NCBI GenBank assembly: GCA_019828565.1
Contig: JAHDYR010000024.1
Location: 216,734 to 280,733 of the forward strand
Origin: Carpediemonas membranifera BICM
Lineage: Eukaryota > Protista > Fornicata
Length of the DNA stretch: 64,000 nt
Reading direction: 5' to 3'
Both the position numbers and the translations under genes were made by a program. Below are positions 47,690-58,965 of this stretch, piece by piece. Every line of letters begins with the position of its first letter. Positions within the stretch are counted from its first letter, which is position 1. Below the pieces are notes generated by a model. That model saw only the letters and a program-made list of their open reading frames with translations. It made no database searches and was not told the origin of the DNA.

Positions 47690-49171
47690 TCAAACTGGGA
47701 ACAAGTTAAACAGGTCGAGCACAAAAGATGTGATCAAAACGTTAGGCAGCATAGCGAACATACCGATCATGATCATGAGTGGGGAGAGGTATAGATACTT
47801 CGGGGCGTGTGACTGGGTCATGTTGAACGAAGCGATGGCTGCCGGGGCGCCGCCAACATAAATAAGACTGCGGGCCTCCTCTCCACTCAGCGGGAGTGGC
47901 AGGCAGAGTAGGGCGATGACTATAGGAGTCGCCACGAGTCGTAGGAAGACGATGATGCAGGCGTTGACCCACATGACCTTCTTGTTAATGGCGGGTCCCG
48001 CGTGCACGAGGTCGGGTTCCCCATTGGTGTTCTTAGCTGTCAAAAACAGACCCACGCTGATGAGGCCGACGGGGACGACAATGTTATTCCCGTAGGTCAT
48101 GGCAGTTGCGACCAAAGTCGGCGTGTCCGCCGAAAGAACATAAAGAATCACCCTGAAAATCAGGCCAAAGTATAGGCCCACCAGGAGGGGAGTAAAGAGG
48201 GACCGGCGGACCAGATTGATGGTCCACACAACCACACCCAGCCAGACAGGACGCGAATTGACTACCACAGTCGAGTCAGAGTCAGAGTCCGACTCGAGGT
48301 CGGAGCTGGCCGCGGCGGGGGTGCGGCTTGAGTGGTGTGGGCGTGGCTGGTGCTTGTCTGTCGGGACATGGCTGTCAGCTTCACTGCCGCTGTCGTTGGC
48401 ATCGCGGTGGTTGTCGGGTGTTGTGTTGTATGACTCTTCGTTGGGTTCATAGCTGTCGAGAGCGTCGACCCTGGGCATGATGGGGAGATCTGGGAGGGCG
48501 ACCGAGGACGAGTTCACAGTGTGGGGCAGGCCGGGTGCGATCGTCTCGGTAGGATCTGCCTCTGACTCAGCGAGACTTGATTGGTCATCAGACAGGTCGG
48601 GAGACTGCTCATTGGCAGTGTTCTTGCCTTGTTCGTGTCTGGTGTTGAATTCATCAAAAGGATCCTGTTCCTCGGGTAGGGCCACCTTCTTGTCCTTTTC
48701 AGGCGGTGCTAGTGCGAATATGATCTGGTAAATGGGCACGAAGATGAGGATTGATGGGAACATGTGGAGAAAGGGATAGGTCTCCGCTGCCTTCTCGCCG
48801 AGCATGGCAGTGCAGATTGGCACGCCAAGAATAATCGCGTTGTACCATGTAGCTCCCATGTGCAGCGTCATCATGTAGCGAGCGGGGAGACGCTGGACAC
48901 CAGATAGGATGAAGACTGGGATGGAGATGACGATGAACTGGATGATGACAACGAGCATGTAGATGATGTAGCTGCTGTCCATTGGCATCGTGAGACCAGT
49001 ACGGAACATCATGAATGGGAATCCGATCTTCATCACGAGCGTGTTCAGAGCTTGAAGGTGCGTTTTCGTCAGCCAACCACGGCTCCCAAAAACTACACCA
49101 ATGAATATCAGTACGAACAAAGGTACAAGTGCATTAAGAACGTTGCTTATGAGCTCCGTCCATTCGCTCAT
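47690..49171 (-). CDS. Auxin-efflux-carrier (AEC/PILS-like) family membrane transporter
   Basis: 5+5 transmembrane segments around an acidic loop; LNTLVMKIGFP, NAIILGVP, RLVATP, APAA. Confidence 0.8.
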   Translation of the reverse strand: MSEWTELISNVLNALVPLFVLIFIGVVFGSRGWLTKTHLQALNTLVMKIGFPFMMFRTGLTMPMDSSYIIYMLVVIIQFIVISIPVFILSGVQRLPARYMMTLHMGATWYNAIILGVPICTAMLGEKAAETYPFLHMFPSILIFVPIYQIIFALAPPEKDKKVALPEEQDPFDEFNTRHEQGKNTANEQSPDLSDDQSSLAESEADPTETIAPGLPHTVNSSSVALPDLPIMPRVDALDSYEPNEESYNTTPDNHRDANDSGSEADSHVPTDKHQPRPHHSSRTPAAASSDLESDSDSDSTVVVNSRPVWLGVVVWTINLVRRSLFTPLLVGLYFGLIFRVILYVLSADTPTLVATAMTYGNNIVVPVGLISVGLFLTAKNTNGEPDLVHAGPAINKKVMWVNACIIVFLRLVATPIVIALLCLPLPLSGEEARSLIYVGGAPAAIASFNMTQSHAPKYLYLSPLMIMIGMFAMLPNVLITSFVLDLFNLFPV

Positions 49172-49618
49172 ACAAGGCAACGACAAGTATGCCTGAACAA
49201 GGGTCCAGAAGTGGAGTGATCAAACCATGATTCGATCCGATTCTGGCAGTTTTAGACTGATTCGTCAGTATGTGGAGGGGTATAGGAGTCAAGCCGCGAG
49301 CTGAAAGAATGTGAATGTTGTTCCTTGACACCTGTGCTGGCCGTGGAAACCCCTGCCCCGGCATGTGCCCGCGGAGAGTGGAGAAATGGACAAGATGTGC
49401 GTCATATTGGTCAACGACTCTTTTCAAGTTAAGCTAGGTCATGTATCCCCTGTATACACAACTCCGCCCGGTGGACCCGCAGTTCCATCTTGATCATTGG
49501 GAATGCTGATCTTCGGCAGACAGAAGAAAGGTCTAGACTGCTGAAGAGAAGCATCGTTAACAATGTCCAGCGGAGTTGGTCAATTTATGATGCTCATGTA
49601 TCACGCCAAGCAACGACA

Positions 49619-51253
49619 ATGCGCGCTCCTTTCATCGTGATTGAAGGTCTTGATCGCTCTGGGAAGGACACACAATCCGAATTGATACTAGAATATGTGT
49701 CATCTCGCATGAAAGCCAAGTTGATTCATTTCCCGAACCGTGAGACCACAACAGGCCGCCTTATCAACGACTACCTTCAGAAGAGGGTCAAACTTACGGA
49801 TACCGAGATTCACAACCTCTATGCAGTGAATAGACGCGAGGAAGAGGTCGCCATGCGCCACGACCTCCTCAACGGCACCGCCCTGATCTCCATCCGGTAT
49901 GCTTTCTCAGGCGCCGCGTACTCCAAGGCCAAGGACGTGCCCGAGCTGCCCCTAGAAGCCTGCCTCGGCCCCGACCGCGGCGTCATTGCTCCTGACACCG
50001 TCCTCTTCCTGACCAGTAGGGTGGCCGACGTGTCCGCCCGGGCGGGGTTCGGAGACGAGCTTTATGAGACCTCCCCCTTCCAGGCAAAGGTCGCAGCAAG
50101 TTTTGAACTCGTCAAACAAGAGTCGGTCGACTCTGTGCGGTGGGTCGACATCCCGACCGGGACCATCGAGGAGGTGTTCGAGTCCATCAAGGTGGAGCTT
50201 GACAGGATGCTCGCAGACGCTGCTAGTGACAACCTGGGCCCTATCAGGCGGTTGTGGGCGACCCCCAGCGGCGACTCCCAGCAGCTCGAGACAGACCGTG
50301 TCATCCTTGTCGACGAGGACGACCGGGCCGTCGGATCTAGTACGAAGCGCGACACACATGTCCACCCAGGCCAGCTGCACCGTGCGTTCAGTCTGCTTCT
50401 CTTTAATGAGGCGGGCCGACTCCTTCTCCAGCAGCGGGCGGCCTCGAAGACGACATTCCCCCACTACTGGAGCAACACCGTCTGCTCGCACCCCCTGGAC
50501 GTCCCTGACGAGAACACGGAAGTCCCCATCGTCGGAGTCGGGCGGGCCCTGGTCAGGCGGGCTAAATACGAGCTCGGACTCGACCTGGGCGATGTCGAGC
50601 TGACATGCCCCGCTCGTATCAGATATCATGCAAGATCTGACTCAATCTGGAGTGAGAATGAGGTTGACTACATCATGGTCGGCCGGGTTGAGGGTCGAGT
50701 CACCCTGACTGCCAACCCGGACGAGGTCAGCGCGGTCAGATGGGTTGACCGGGAAGAGATGGCCGCCATGCTCGCGGACAGGAGCCAGCTGGTGTCCCCG
50801 TGGTTCCGGGCGATTTGCGAGCAGCTCATCCTGGCTGCATGGAGCGGTACGGTTGTCAGATTGACTGAATCTAAGGATTTGATCCGGATACAGCCCGATA
50901 TTCCGGCATCATTTGTGCCCCTTGAGGTCCGGCAACATGTTTTTGTGACAAACGTACCTGGGTCGAAACTCGCGTGGCATCGCATGATATGTCCCTGGAG
51001 ATCTGTATGTTCTGTCGAAGATATGACCGCATCCGAGTCTGCCGAACTGTTCTTGACACAACAAGATGTAACACGGCAACTTAAGCGCATCTCCGGTTTA
51101 GCTGGCTGCACGATTTTGAATTACTCAACTGTGGCCGGGTTTTCCGGCATGCAGGATAGGATGAGCGTCCATGTTGTCGCAAGAAATGATGATGAGCACG
51201 AGTCGAGTATTTATGACCTGGTCGAGCAGAGCATGAAGGCTGGACGGGAATAA
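49619..51253 (+). CDS. Thymidylate kinase + type-1 IPP isomerase + degenerate HIT-like domain fusion
   Basis: IEGLDRSGKDTQ, FPNR and RYAFSGAAY; then LHRAFS, LLLQQRA, NTVCSHP and ENEVDY; then an FHIT-like tail. Confidence 0.85.
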   Translation: MRAPFIVIEGLDRSGKDTQSELILEYVSSRMKAKLIHFPNRETTTGRLINDYLQKRVKLTDTEIHNLYAVNRREEEVAMRHDLLNGTALISIRYAFSGAAYSKAKDVPELPLEACLGPDRGVIAPDTVLFLTSRVADVSARAGFGDELYETSPFQAKVAASFELVKQESVDSVRWVDIPTGTIEEVFESIKVELDRMLADAASDNLGPIRRLWATPSGDSQQLETDRVILVDEDDRAVGSSTKRDTHVHPGQLHRAFSLLLFNEAGRLLLQQRAASKTTFPHYWSNTVCSHPLDVPDENTEVPIVGVGRALVRRAKYELGLDLGDVELTCPARIRYHARSDSIWSENEVDYIMVGRVEGRVTLTANPDEVSAVRWVDREEMAAMLADRSQLVSPWFRAICEQLILAAWSGTVVRLTESKDLIRIQPDIPASFVPLEVRQHVFVTNVPGSKLAWHRMICPWRSVCSVEDMTASESAELFLTQQDVTRQLKRISGLAGCTILNYSTVAGFSGMQDRMSVHVVARNDDEHESSIYDLVEQSMKAGRE

Positions 51254-51259
51254 ATAATC

Positions 51260-51992
51260 TGAGTACCTCGAGCACATGGCACCTGGGGTGCTAAGACGCG
51301 CAGGTAGAGTCGAGCAGCTTATGGATCAGAATTTTCGAAACGCCCGAAGCGGCATTGGGTCCGAGGAGCACGAGAGTGAAAGGAGTTCCTCAACCCCCGT
51401 TGGAAGCATGAGTTAGGCGGCTAACACAGTCTTGCTACCCGGAACTGACAGATGTTTTGAGGTTGAACGAAATCACCCAGAACACGATTCTGTCGGGAAG
51501 GCTGATGAGATTACATCGACGAAAGCAGTTAGTAGAGAGGATGCACGTATCACGGCGTATAAGCTGTCACAGGACCATCAAAGGGCCATTTTGGTGTGAC
51601 GACTCAATGGAGTCGAGCACTTGGGGACCACATTGGTCTTCCAGTGCCACCTAGGCGTGGCGAGTTGATTGGATTTGATATGGTCAGGGTGATTCGGAAT
51701 TTAGATCTCAGACAAATCAGGACTATTGCAGAGTAGAGATAATGAGTGATCCGCAGGCAGATGCAGCCTTTAACTTACATGGAACCGAAGTTGAAAGCGC
51801 CGGAAGAACCCGGTTCAGCCCCTCAGGCTGTTAAGATGAACCGAAATAAACATCTTACCCCCCCTTTGGATTAAGAACACATGCTAGTTGAGTACCACTC
51901 GAGCCCATTGGCACCCGGGGTGCTGAGACGCCCGAGAGGGCGCACGGAAACGCGCAGTTTATGGCATCAGAATTTCGAATGCCCGAAGGCAC
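51260..51992 (+). repeat. Degenerate ~100-bp direct repeat (51260-51355 and 51889-51992)
   Basis: tgagtacc..tcgagc..tggcacc.ggggtgct.agacgc..tatgg.atcagaattt.cgaa..gcccgaag at both sites. Confidence 0.75.
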
Positions 51993-52635
51993 GTCGGGCA
52001 CGTCCGCAGAACCTCCTGTATCCCAGGAAGAATTCCGAAAGTTTACCTACAACGTAACTGCCACATTGGAGTCCATGAAAACGAAGATGGAAAACATCGA
52101 GGAAAAATCCATCCAGAGGGAGGTAGAACAAGAAGAGTACGAGCTAGAAACCGATGAGCAAGCAACCCAGGGAACCTTCCAAGGCTTTCCGTCCTTCTTG
52201 TTCGATTTGGAGCTCCCCAAGAGGTACGGGCCCCGCGACGAAGCCAAGTTCCTACGCGAGATCATGCGTCTCCTAACGGCCGCGGACCCGCATTCACTCG
52301 ACGTGAACGATCTACTGCTCCGTCTCCTGAGCCGGTTCAAGGTCCTTCTCCTCAAGGACGACTACGACGACAACGTCTGTGACTACGCCACTGCAGCCCT
52401 CCGAGCCACGCCCCCGAGGTCTGAGATGGAGATCGAGACGATCCTCGCTAAGGCCAAGACTAAGGGCAAGCGTAAGCGTCGGAATTTTCAGGAGCAGGGC
52501 TCCAGCAGCGTCGGCCGCCGGGCCCTTCCAAGCTTCAAGGAGCGCAGGGTGCTCACGAAAAGAGGTGATACTGAATGCGAGGAGAGTGCTACGTGCCGCA
52601 GGGATCACCAACAACAGAGACGAGATCCTCCGTAA
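51961..52635 (+). CDS. Gag-like ORF resembling ORF1 of the DIRS element at 4254
   Basis: RDEAKFL..LLSRFKVLLLKD..DY vs RNESEWL..LMLRHELLLIKD..DY, followed by a basic stretch. Confidence 0.45.
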   Translation: MASEFRMPEGTSGTSAEPPVSQEEFRKFTYNVTATLESMKTKMENIEEKSIQREVEQEEYELETDEQATQGTFQGFPSFLFDLELPKRYGPRDEAKFLREIMRLLTAADPHSLDVNDLLLRLLSRFKVLLLKDDYDDNVCDYATAALRATPPRSEMEIETILAKAKTKGKRKRRNFQEQGSSSVGRRALPSFKERRVLTKRGDTECEESATCRRDHQQQRRDPP

Positions 52636-53775
52636 CCCCAACGGAATCCTAGGGCTTCGAGACATCTTCTACGCAATGACAGAGCCCTTAGACCCGAGAG
52701 AGGACGAAGAACGGCGCCTAGCAGAGGCCAAGGAGAACGTCACCATCCAACCAGGGCACAGGGACATGAGCAAGTGGCCTTCCGACCACAAGATCGAAGA
52801 GGCCATCCTCCAACCGAGAGAACAGAGCAACATCGAGTGGGACAGTGAGAGAGACAGCATTGAGGGCAGAGAGACGGGTACATTCACGCTCACATCAGGG
52901 TATGGAGATGAGAAAGCCGTCGAGGCCATCGCAGGAGAGGAGGTGTGGGACCCCACTAACCAGGGCCTGGTCACCAGGATCGCTATGGAGCAGGACGATG
53001 GCACCTACAAGGTCCTCATCGACATCAGAGATTGCAAAGCATGGCAGATCACCAGATTCATGGAGGAAGGCAGGGACATCCTCAGGTTGCAGGCCCCGGA
53101 GGCGCCGGCGGTCTGGCAGGCAGCTTGGTGCAAGACAGGAGTCAACACGGAGGGCAGAGGCGCAATAAGGGCACAAGGACAGGAGACGCCGCTCAGCAAC
53201 AAGCTCGTCTTCTCTGACGTCAGGGCCAGGGTGATCAATGCCACCAGCCGCCGCCAAAAAGAGGGACAGGGAAGAAGAGTCAGACAACGAGAGCGGCGCA
53301 CAGACCAGCCAAGAGGAAGACCCCAAACCCAAGGTCGTGTTGACACAAGCGGAAGGAGTGAGCGCCAGAAGGGGCCTTGGAGCCGAGCTTGATCAGCAGG
53401 AAGAAGAGAGCATACCCCGAGCATCAGAGGGAAGTGCATCAGCAGGGAGCCTACCGGAGGCATTGCAGAGTCAGGTTCAGAAGAAGCTCATCCTCGGTTC
53501 TATCGACTTCGAGTGTGGAGATCCTGGGAGTGAGAGGGCAGGGATCAGTGCGGTGCCGACAGAGGGGGGGCTCGTGCTAGTGGACGTCGAGACGGGGGAG
53601 GTCGTTGGCCATGGCCACGGCCTCATACTGTAAGAATGGCTAGAGTCTCCCGGGAGATACCCTGGAGATACTCCAAAAAGTGCAAGAAAAAATGAGATTC
53701 ACTAGAATCTGTTTCACATTTCACATATTTCACAAGAATATGTGAAATGAGAAGCAAAGCTAGTGAATGTCATTT

Positions 53776-54000
53776 TTACTTGTCCCTCATCGTCTGTATG
53801 GCATCTATAAACAAATCGCGTATCTCTTGCAGCAGAAACTCTGTGTCATTCACCCTTTTGTTGATTTCTTCTTCCTTTCGCAAGCCCTGAGCAGTTTTTC
53901 GGATTATTTTGTAAGAATCTTGTACTTTGGCAACTTCCACGAGCCCTGACGTTACCGTTTCTACCTTTTGGTGGCTAGTTGCTCGAATCATGATCGACAA
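53776..54000 (-). CDS. Small 74-aa subterminal ORF (also at 15491-15715)
   Basis: Open in both near-identical copies, helical-looking; no counterpart seen in copy 1. Confidence 0.3.
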   Translation of the reverse strand: MSIMIRATSHQKVETVTSGLVEVAKVQDSYKIIRKTAQGLRKEEEINKRVNDTEFLLQEIRDLFIDAIQTMRDK

Positions 54001-54086
54001 ATGTCGCAGTTTTAGGTATTGTCAATGCCAGGAGTCTACGTAAATAGACAAATGTAACAACGTAAACAGCTTGGATAGAAATTCTC

Positions 54087-55310
54087 ATGAATTCAGAAGT
54101 GTCTGTACCAGAACCTATTGCTGCTACGCCCCCCATCAGACAGTATGGCAACAGTAAGCTCGCAAATCTCCGTCGTTCATTTGTTACAGCCGTTGTTTCT
54201 TCAGTATTTGAGGACGACGAGGCAACTGACCTCGGCTTGAGTGCACGCGACATCCATAAGGTACTTCTGGAGGTCCAGCGCAGGGTCGCCGCCGAATGCC
54301 CTGGGTTCAAGTCAATTGAACTCCGGGAACAGGTCAGGCGGACGACTGTTGTCGGCGTTACTACGTTTATAACAGCAGTTAGACCCTCTGCGGAGTACAA
54401 TGGCTCTGTCATGCAGCACATTGCTGTCCGTAGTCAGCCCTGCCATGCCGAGTTCCGCCAGATGCTCTCAGAAGTTCTCTCAGATGCTGGACTGAACGAT
54501 GTTTCCGACTCAATCAGCCTTGAGAACTTGCCTGTGATCAACCGGGTGAGATATAAGCCTGTCAAGCAAAAGGCAACGGTCAAATCGACCCCGACTACGA
54601 TGATCAAGGCAGAGATCCCACCGATACGGTCGACTACGCAACTGTCTTCACTTGGTGTTGGTGATGAAGCAGACACACCTCAGTCAACGACAGATCGATC
54701 GGTGCCGGTTCGGAAGAAGATCGTCTTTGACGACGAGGAAGCCAAGCGACCCAGGCTTGGTGACGACGATCTGCAGCAGGTGTCTAACAACGTGTCCGAT
54801 GCTGTTGTTGACCGTATTAAGGTCCTGATCAACGACGTTGTCTCAGAGACCCGTGTGAGAGACCCGCCTACCGAACCCGAGACATGTAAGACGACTTTCC
54901 TTAGCCTTCATCAGCGCAAAATGCTATTTGGATGTCTTGTGTGTGGTACCCCCGAGTGGTTCTTCAATCCAGACGGCACTACGTTCAGGAGATGCTGTGC
55001 TTGCAAAGGTTTCCTGCACGAGCAATGTGTCAGGACGAAGGGCAAGAAGGACTACTGTCCCGCGTGCTATATTACCGGCTCTAGCAACAAGTGCCAGGCG
55101 TGCAAAAAGGGCCTAAGATCCAAGAACACGAAGAAAGCAGAAGAACAGGCTTCTACTCTTCTTTGCTGCCGAGGCTGTCACTGGTGGTACTGTGAGCATT
55201 GCTCTGAGGAAGTGCAGTACACCATTGATGGCAAGTTGTACATCGTTCCCCTCTGCAGCAAATGTAAGGTTGTCTATAAGCGAGTAGAGGGCATGAGACC
55301 GATTGTTTAG
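54087..55310 (+). CDS. PHD-like finger protein (copy 2)
   Basis: Intact 407-aa ORF; CLVC..CCACKGFLHEQC..CPAC. Confidence 0.8.
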   Translation: MNSEVSVPEPIAATPPIRQYGNSKLANLRRSFVTAVVSSVFEDDEATDLGLSARDIHKVLLEVQRRVAAECPGFKSIELREQVRRTTVVGVTTFITAVRPSAEYNGSVMQHIAVRSQPCHAEFRQMLSEVLSDAGLNDVSDSISLENLPVINRVRYKPVKQKATVKSTPTTMIKAEIPPIRSTTQLSSLGVGDEADTPQSTTDRSVPVRKKIVFDDEEAKRPRLGDDDLQQVSNNVSDAVVDRIKVLINDVVSETRVRDPPTEPETCKTTFLSLHQRKMLFGCLVCGTPEWFFNPDGTTFRRCCACKGFLHEQCVRTKGKKDYCPACYITGSSNKCQACKKGLRSKNTKKAEEQASTLLCCRGCHWWYCEHCSEEVQYTIDGKLYIVPLCSKCKVVYKRVEGMRPIV

Positions 55311-55353
55311 TGTTTAGTGAGAGATGATCATAAATTGTATATATATCTGTTTA

Positions 55354-56359
55354 CTACACGTCTCTCTCAAGCGCACGGGTCATCATGCTTATGTATCGAT
55401 CATTCATAAGTCTTCTCTGGTCGGTTCTTAACGGGTCATACTCGTTGACATCAGAAACGATGTCTTGCATTTCAGGAAGAGGAATGGGCCGGGCATAGCT
55501 AGTCTCAGACATGATGACCCTGGCCTCGTTGGGAAATGACAAGGAACCATTGGCTATAATCCGTCTTCCTGCTGAGCCAGGCGCGAAACGATAGCCAGAG
55601 AAGTACTTCGTCAGAAAGAAAAGAGGATTGTCGAGGCATGTCACGCGGTAGAGCCAATAGGCGTCCTGGAGAACAAGCTCATGCGCCAGAACCTTCTCAG
55701 GAGTGAGGATAATGCATGTGTTCTTGTACTTGGCTGTCGAAATAGCACTGCACAGCTGAGACTCCTCAGATCTGTCGAGTCCGGAGCAGGTGGCAAAGTA
55801 AATCAGACGCACACGCGTCGATCTCACCAAGGAAGGGCTCTCGAATGACCTGAGGATGAGCTGGACCAGATCATGGTGATACAGAAACTCGTTCGTAGAC
55901 GTATCAATGATCATACGCGACGTTTCTGTATCAGAATGACCCGATATCACCCAGTAAGTGTCGAAGTTAGAGTACTGCGACGCCAACTCCTCAAGTACCT
56001 CGGCCAGATGGGACGTAGACTTAAAGGTGCGGGCAACGGCAGTCAGCCACTCATCATCAACGAGCTCTAGAGCCGTCTTGAGCTTGAAATGATAGCCAGA
56101 TGAGTTGGCAAGACTTTCCACGCGGAAGACGGGGTAGGGCTGAGTCGGGGTCTCGAAACCATGCAGCGGCTCGATGGTGATTAGCACCCGTCGGTTAATC
56201 AACTTCTCTGTTGTAAAAAGGACACTCGTGAGAGGAAGAAGACTTGAAACCGATCCCGCGATGTCCACGCCTGAGCTGAACCTTACCACAGACACATTCA
56301 AAGACTTCTTGGTCCTTACTGATGCGTCGCGTGCCGAATTCTCCGTATTTCTCGTCCAT
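55354..56359 (-). CDS. Caspase/CHAT-like protease (copy 2; frameshift near 56215)
   Basis: WVISGHS, RLIYFATCSG. Confidence 0.55.
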
Positions 56360-56554
56360 TTGCAATGTGCCATTTTTTTTCATGAATGGCACATTTTGAT
56401 TTGAAGCAAAGGACAAGCTTTTTGATCCAAGTAAAGAGGTATACCTTCATTGCTACACTATTTATGCATGCTACTGCAGTATTGTTCGGATCTGATCAGC
56501 GATGCGCCTGTTCTTCGGATCGGGAGTTGCGAGAAAAAAAAAGAGAACGAAGAT

Positions 56555-57517
56555 ATGGCGAGAAGAAAGATGCCCGCAAGGAAGCAGCAACCGGTAGGTA
56601 AGAGAAGGACTCAAAAATCCACCCAACAAGACTTTTTGAGTCATCTGCTTCTCCGCAGGATCAACGTCCTGCGGAAACGACTGTAACGGCAGCATCACCT
56701 CCTCCTCCGCCTCCCGAGTCGCCCGAGGATGGTAAGGAGCAAGATTCTCCTCCTCCTCCGCCTCCCGAGTCGCCTTCCCATTCATCCAGCTCGTCTGAAG
56801 CCGAGGAGGACTCCGTCGAGGGGTCCGTCATGCACGTCCACCCTAGGTGGACGCATGTTTACCCGGGTTCAGACCTGCAGGACGTCAAGCGGCTGATTTC
56901 GGATGAGATAAGCCTTCAGGCCATTCCTGCTCCGGCCTGGATCTCATCCGAGACCCGTTGCGACCCCCCGTCTGACCCAGGAGCCCGACCATCCGGCCCT
57001 CAATCGGACGCAGAGCGTCGGCCGAGGCATGATTGCCACTGAGGATATCTCAGCTGGCACATGTCTCGGCATATACTTCGGGAAGCTGATTCCCGATGCT
57101 GAGACGGCCAGCAACAACGGCCAGATGGTGTTTGTTTCGCATATTCCATTACCATTACACAGCATGTCATTCGCTGACAGTCAGGTCGCCGTCGATGCCA
57201 TGTCGGCCGCAGCGGGTGTCCACCTGATTAACCACAGCCCTGACGATGTCAACTGTGAGTTCGTGGACGTCTTGGTGGATGGCCTGCCAGTGATATCGGT
57301 CAGGGCCACTGCCAACATCGTTCGCGGCGAGTTCTTGCGCATCGATTATGGCGAGACCTACTTTGAGGCCGATGAAGAGGAGCACCCGGTTGCTCGCTTC
57401 AAGAGTCTCGCCATAGATGACCCTCACTACCTCGCTCGAAAGGTGGAGCAGTTCAAAAATACTGCAGGTCAAGCCGCAGCCCCGCAAGCGGAAGACCAAG
57501 TCCAACCCCGCCCGTAA
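56555..57517 (+). CDS. SET-domain methyltransferase (copy 2; 33-nt intron 57130-57162)
   Basis: GRGMIAT, GIYFG, HLINHS..NC, EFLRIDYGETYF; Pro-rich repeated linker. Confidence 0.85.
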
Positions 57518-57590
57518 GCGCTTCCACACTGCGCGCATGACTCAAGGCAAGAGTGAATAAACTTGAAGAGATATCAATTCAATCAATCAT

Positions 57591-58965
57591 TTATGAGCGG
57601 GTGACATCCTCCGGACGAGTAGCACGCTTCTCGGGCTCTGCGGCAGCTGCCTTGCGCTTGCGGTCCGGAAGACTGTAGACACAGGCATGACGATTCTCGA
57701 TGACGATGAACTGAGTGAGCTTCATGCTCTCACAAAGACCTAAGATCTTGTCCAGCGTCGCATCCTGGATGGGCAAGAACTCTGAATCTTCCCAACCTTT
57801 GTGGACCCAGAGGCAGGTAAGGTCCTCGTCGATCTGGGTGATGATTACCGGAGTGTGACTCAGCTCTACACTGGCCTGGATGGCCTCATGGTCTGCCCAG
57901 GGGAAAGGGGAGCCAGGCATCTCAGAGAACGGGTCGCCCTCGAACCCCTTGCCCTCACAGAAGGATCGGATGTCCTCGTACAGCTGAAGCTTCTCACCAA
58001 CAGTAGGCTGGGACCCAGTCCTGATGAGATGCATGGCGCTGAGAATGCATGAGCCATCCCCAGGCACCTCAGACCGCTTCAGAGAGCTTGTATCGTTCTT
58101 AAACTTCTTAGCGGTCTTCTCCATGATGGTCTGGACGTCATCTTTGGGGTCTGCGGCCACCAAAGCCTCCCGATCCAGGTCTATGACCTCAGCCTCCTTC
58201 TTCAAGGGCACAAGCTTCTCCGTCTCGAGCTTTTCAATCTTGGCCCGGGCTCGCCAAAGCTCCCTCTTCAAATCACGGATCGCACCGTTGTGTTCCACGG
58301 CAAGATGGCGGCGCAGGAGGCGCGATGTGCCACTCAGGGTACTTCTGTGGACGGGAGAGTCCATCAGAAGCGCGTCCAGGTGCCTTATCCGGTCGAACTG
58401 CACGTCGACCGGGTCCGACAGCTCAGGCTCGGCGTTGTTCTTGAACGAACGGACGACCCCCGACCTTCCTGGCTTCACCTTGCGCATTATGCGCTCACGG
58501 AGCAGCGAAAGGACTGAATAAGCAGGGAGTTATTTGGAGTACTTACCTCCAACGTCGTGCTCGTGATCCGAAGACACTTCTCGGCGGACCTTCTGGACAA
58601 GGCTGTCGTAGGCATGATCTCCCATGACCTTCTTCAGCTCAGCCGATGTCGTGATCAGCTCAAGCTGAGCCTCGGCAGTTTCTCTTAGGTGCAGGATAAG
58701 GTGAGGCGACCTGAAGAGCTTGCGAAGCGTTTTCCAGCCAATATCTGTGTAAAAAGGTATGGGGAAAGTACTTACGATCACGAAGAAGGGCGGTGAGGAT
58801 CTTGTCATCGGGCAGAAGGAACTTACGAAGAAGTGAGCACTTGATCATCTCCTGCGCGTTTGATGAGGCCTGACTGATCTCAGCGCTGTCATAGAAGATA
58901 AAGAACTGCTTACCAAACGTTTTCGAACGCTTCAAGAGCATGTAGAAGTCGAAAACCGATTGCAT
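57591..58965 (-). CDS. OTU-like protease/deubiquitinase (copy 2; introns 58745-58775 and 58514-58546)
   Basis: EVPGDGSCILSAM, WADHEAIQA, ENRHACVY; GTAAGT..CAG introns link three ORFs. Confidence 0.75.

Noticed and set aside
3031-50629. Long antisense ORFs (e.g. 3031-3915, 37274-38080, 44697-45443, 49952-50629)
   Set aside because: Shadows of GC3-rich genes on the opposite strand, with no motifs of their own.
51501-51525. Hammerhead-like CTGATGA...GAAA
   Set aside because: Stem II does not close properly next to GAAA, and I found no convincing stems I or III.
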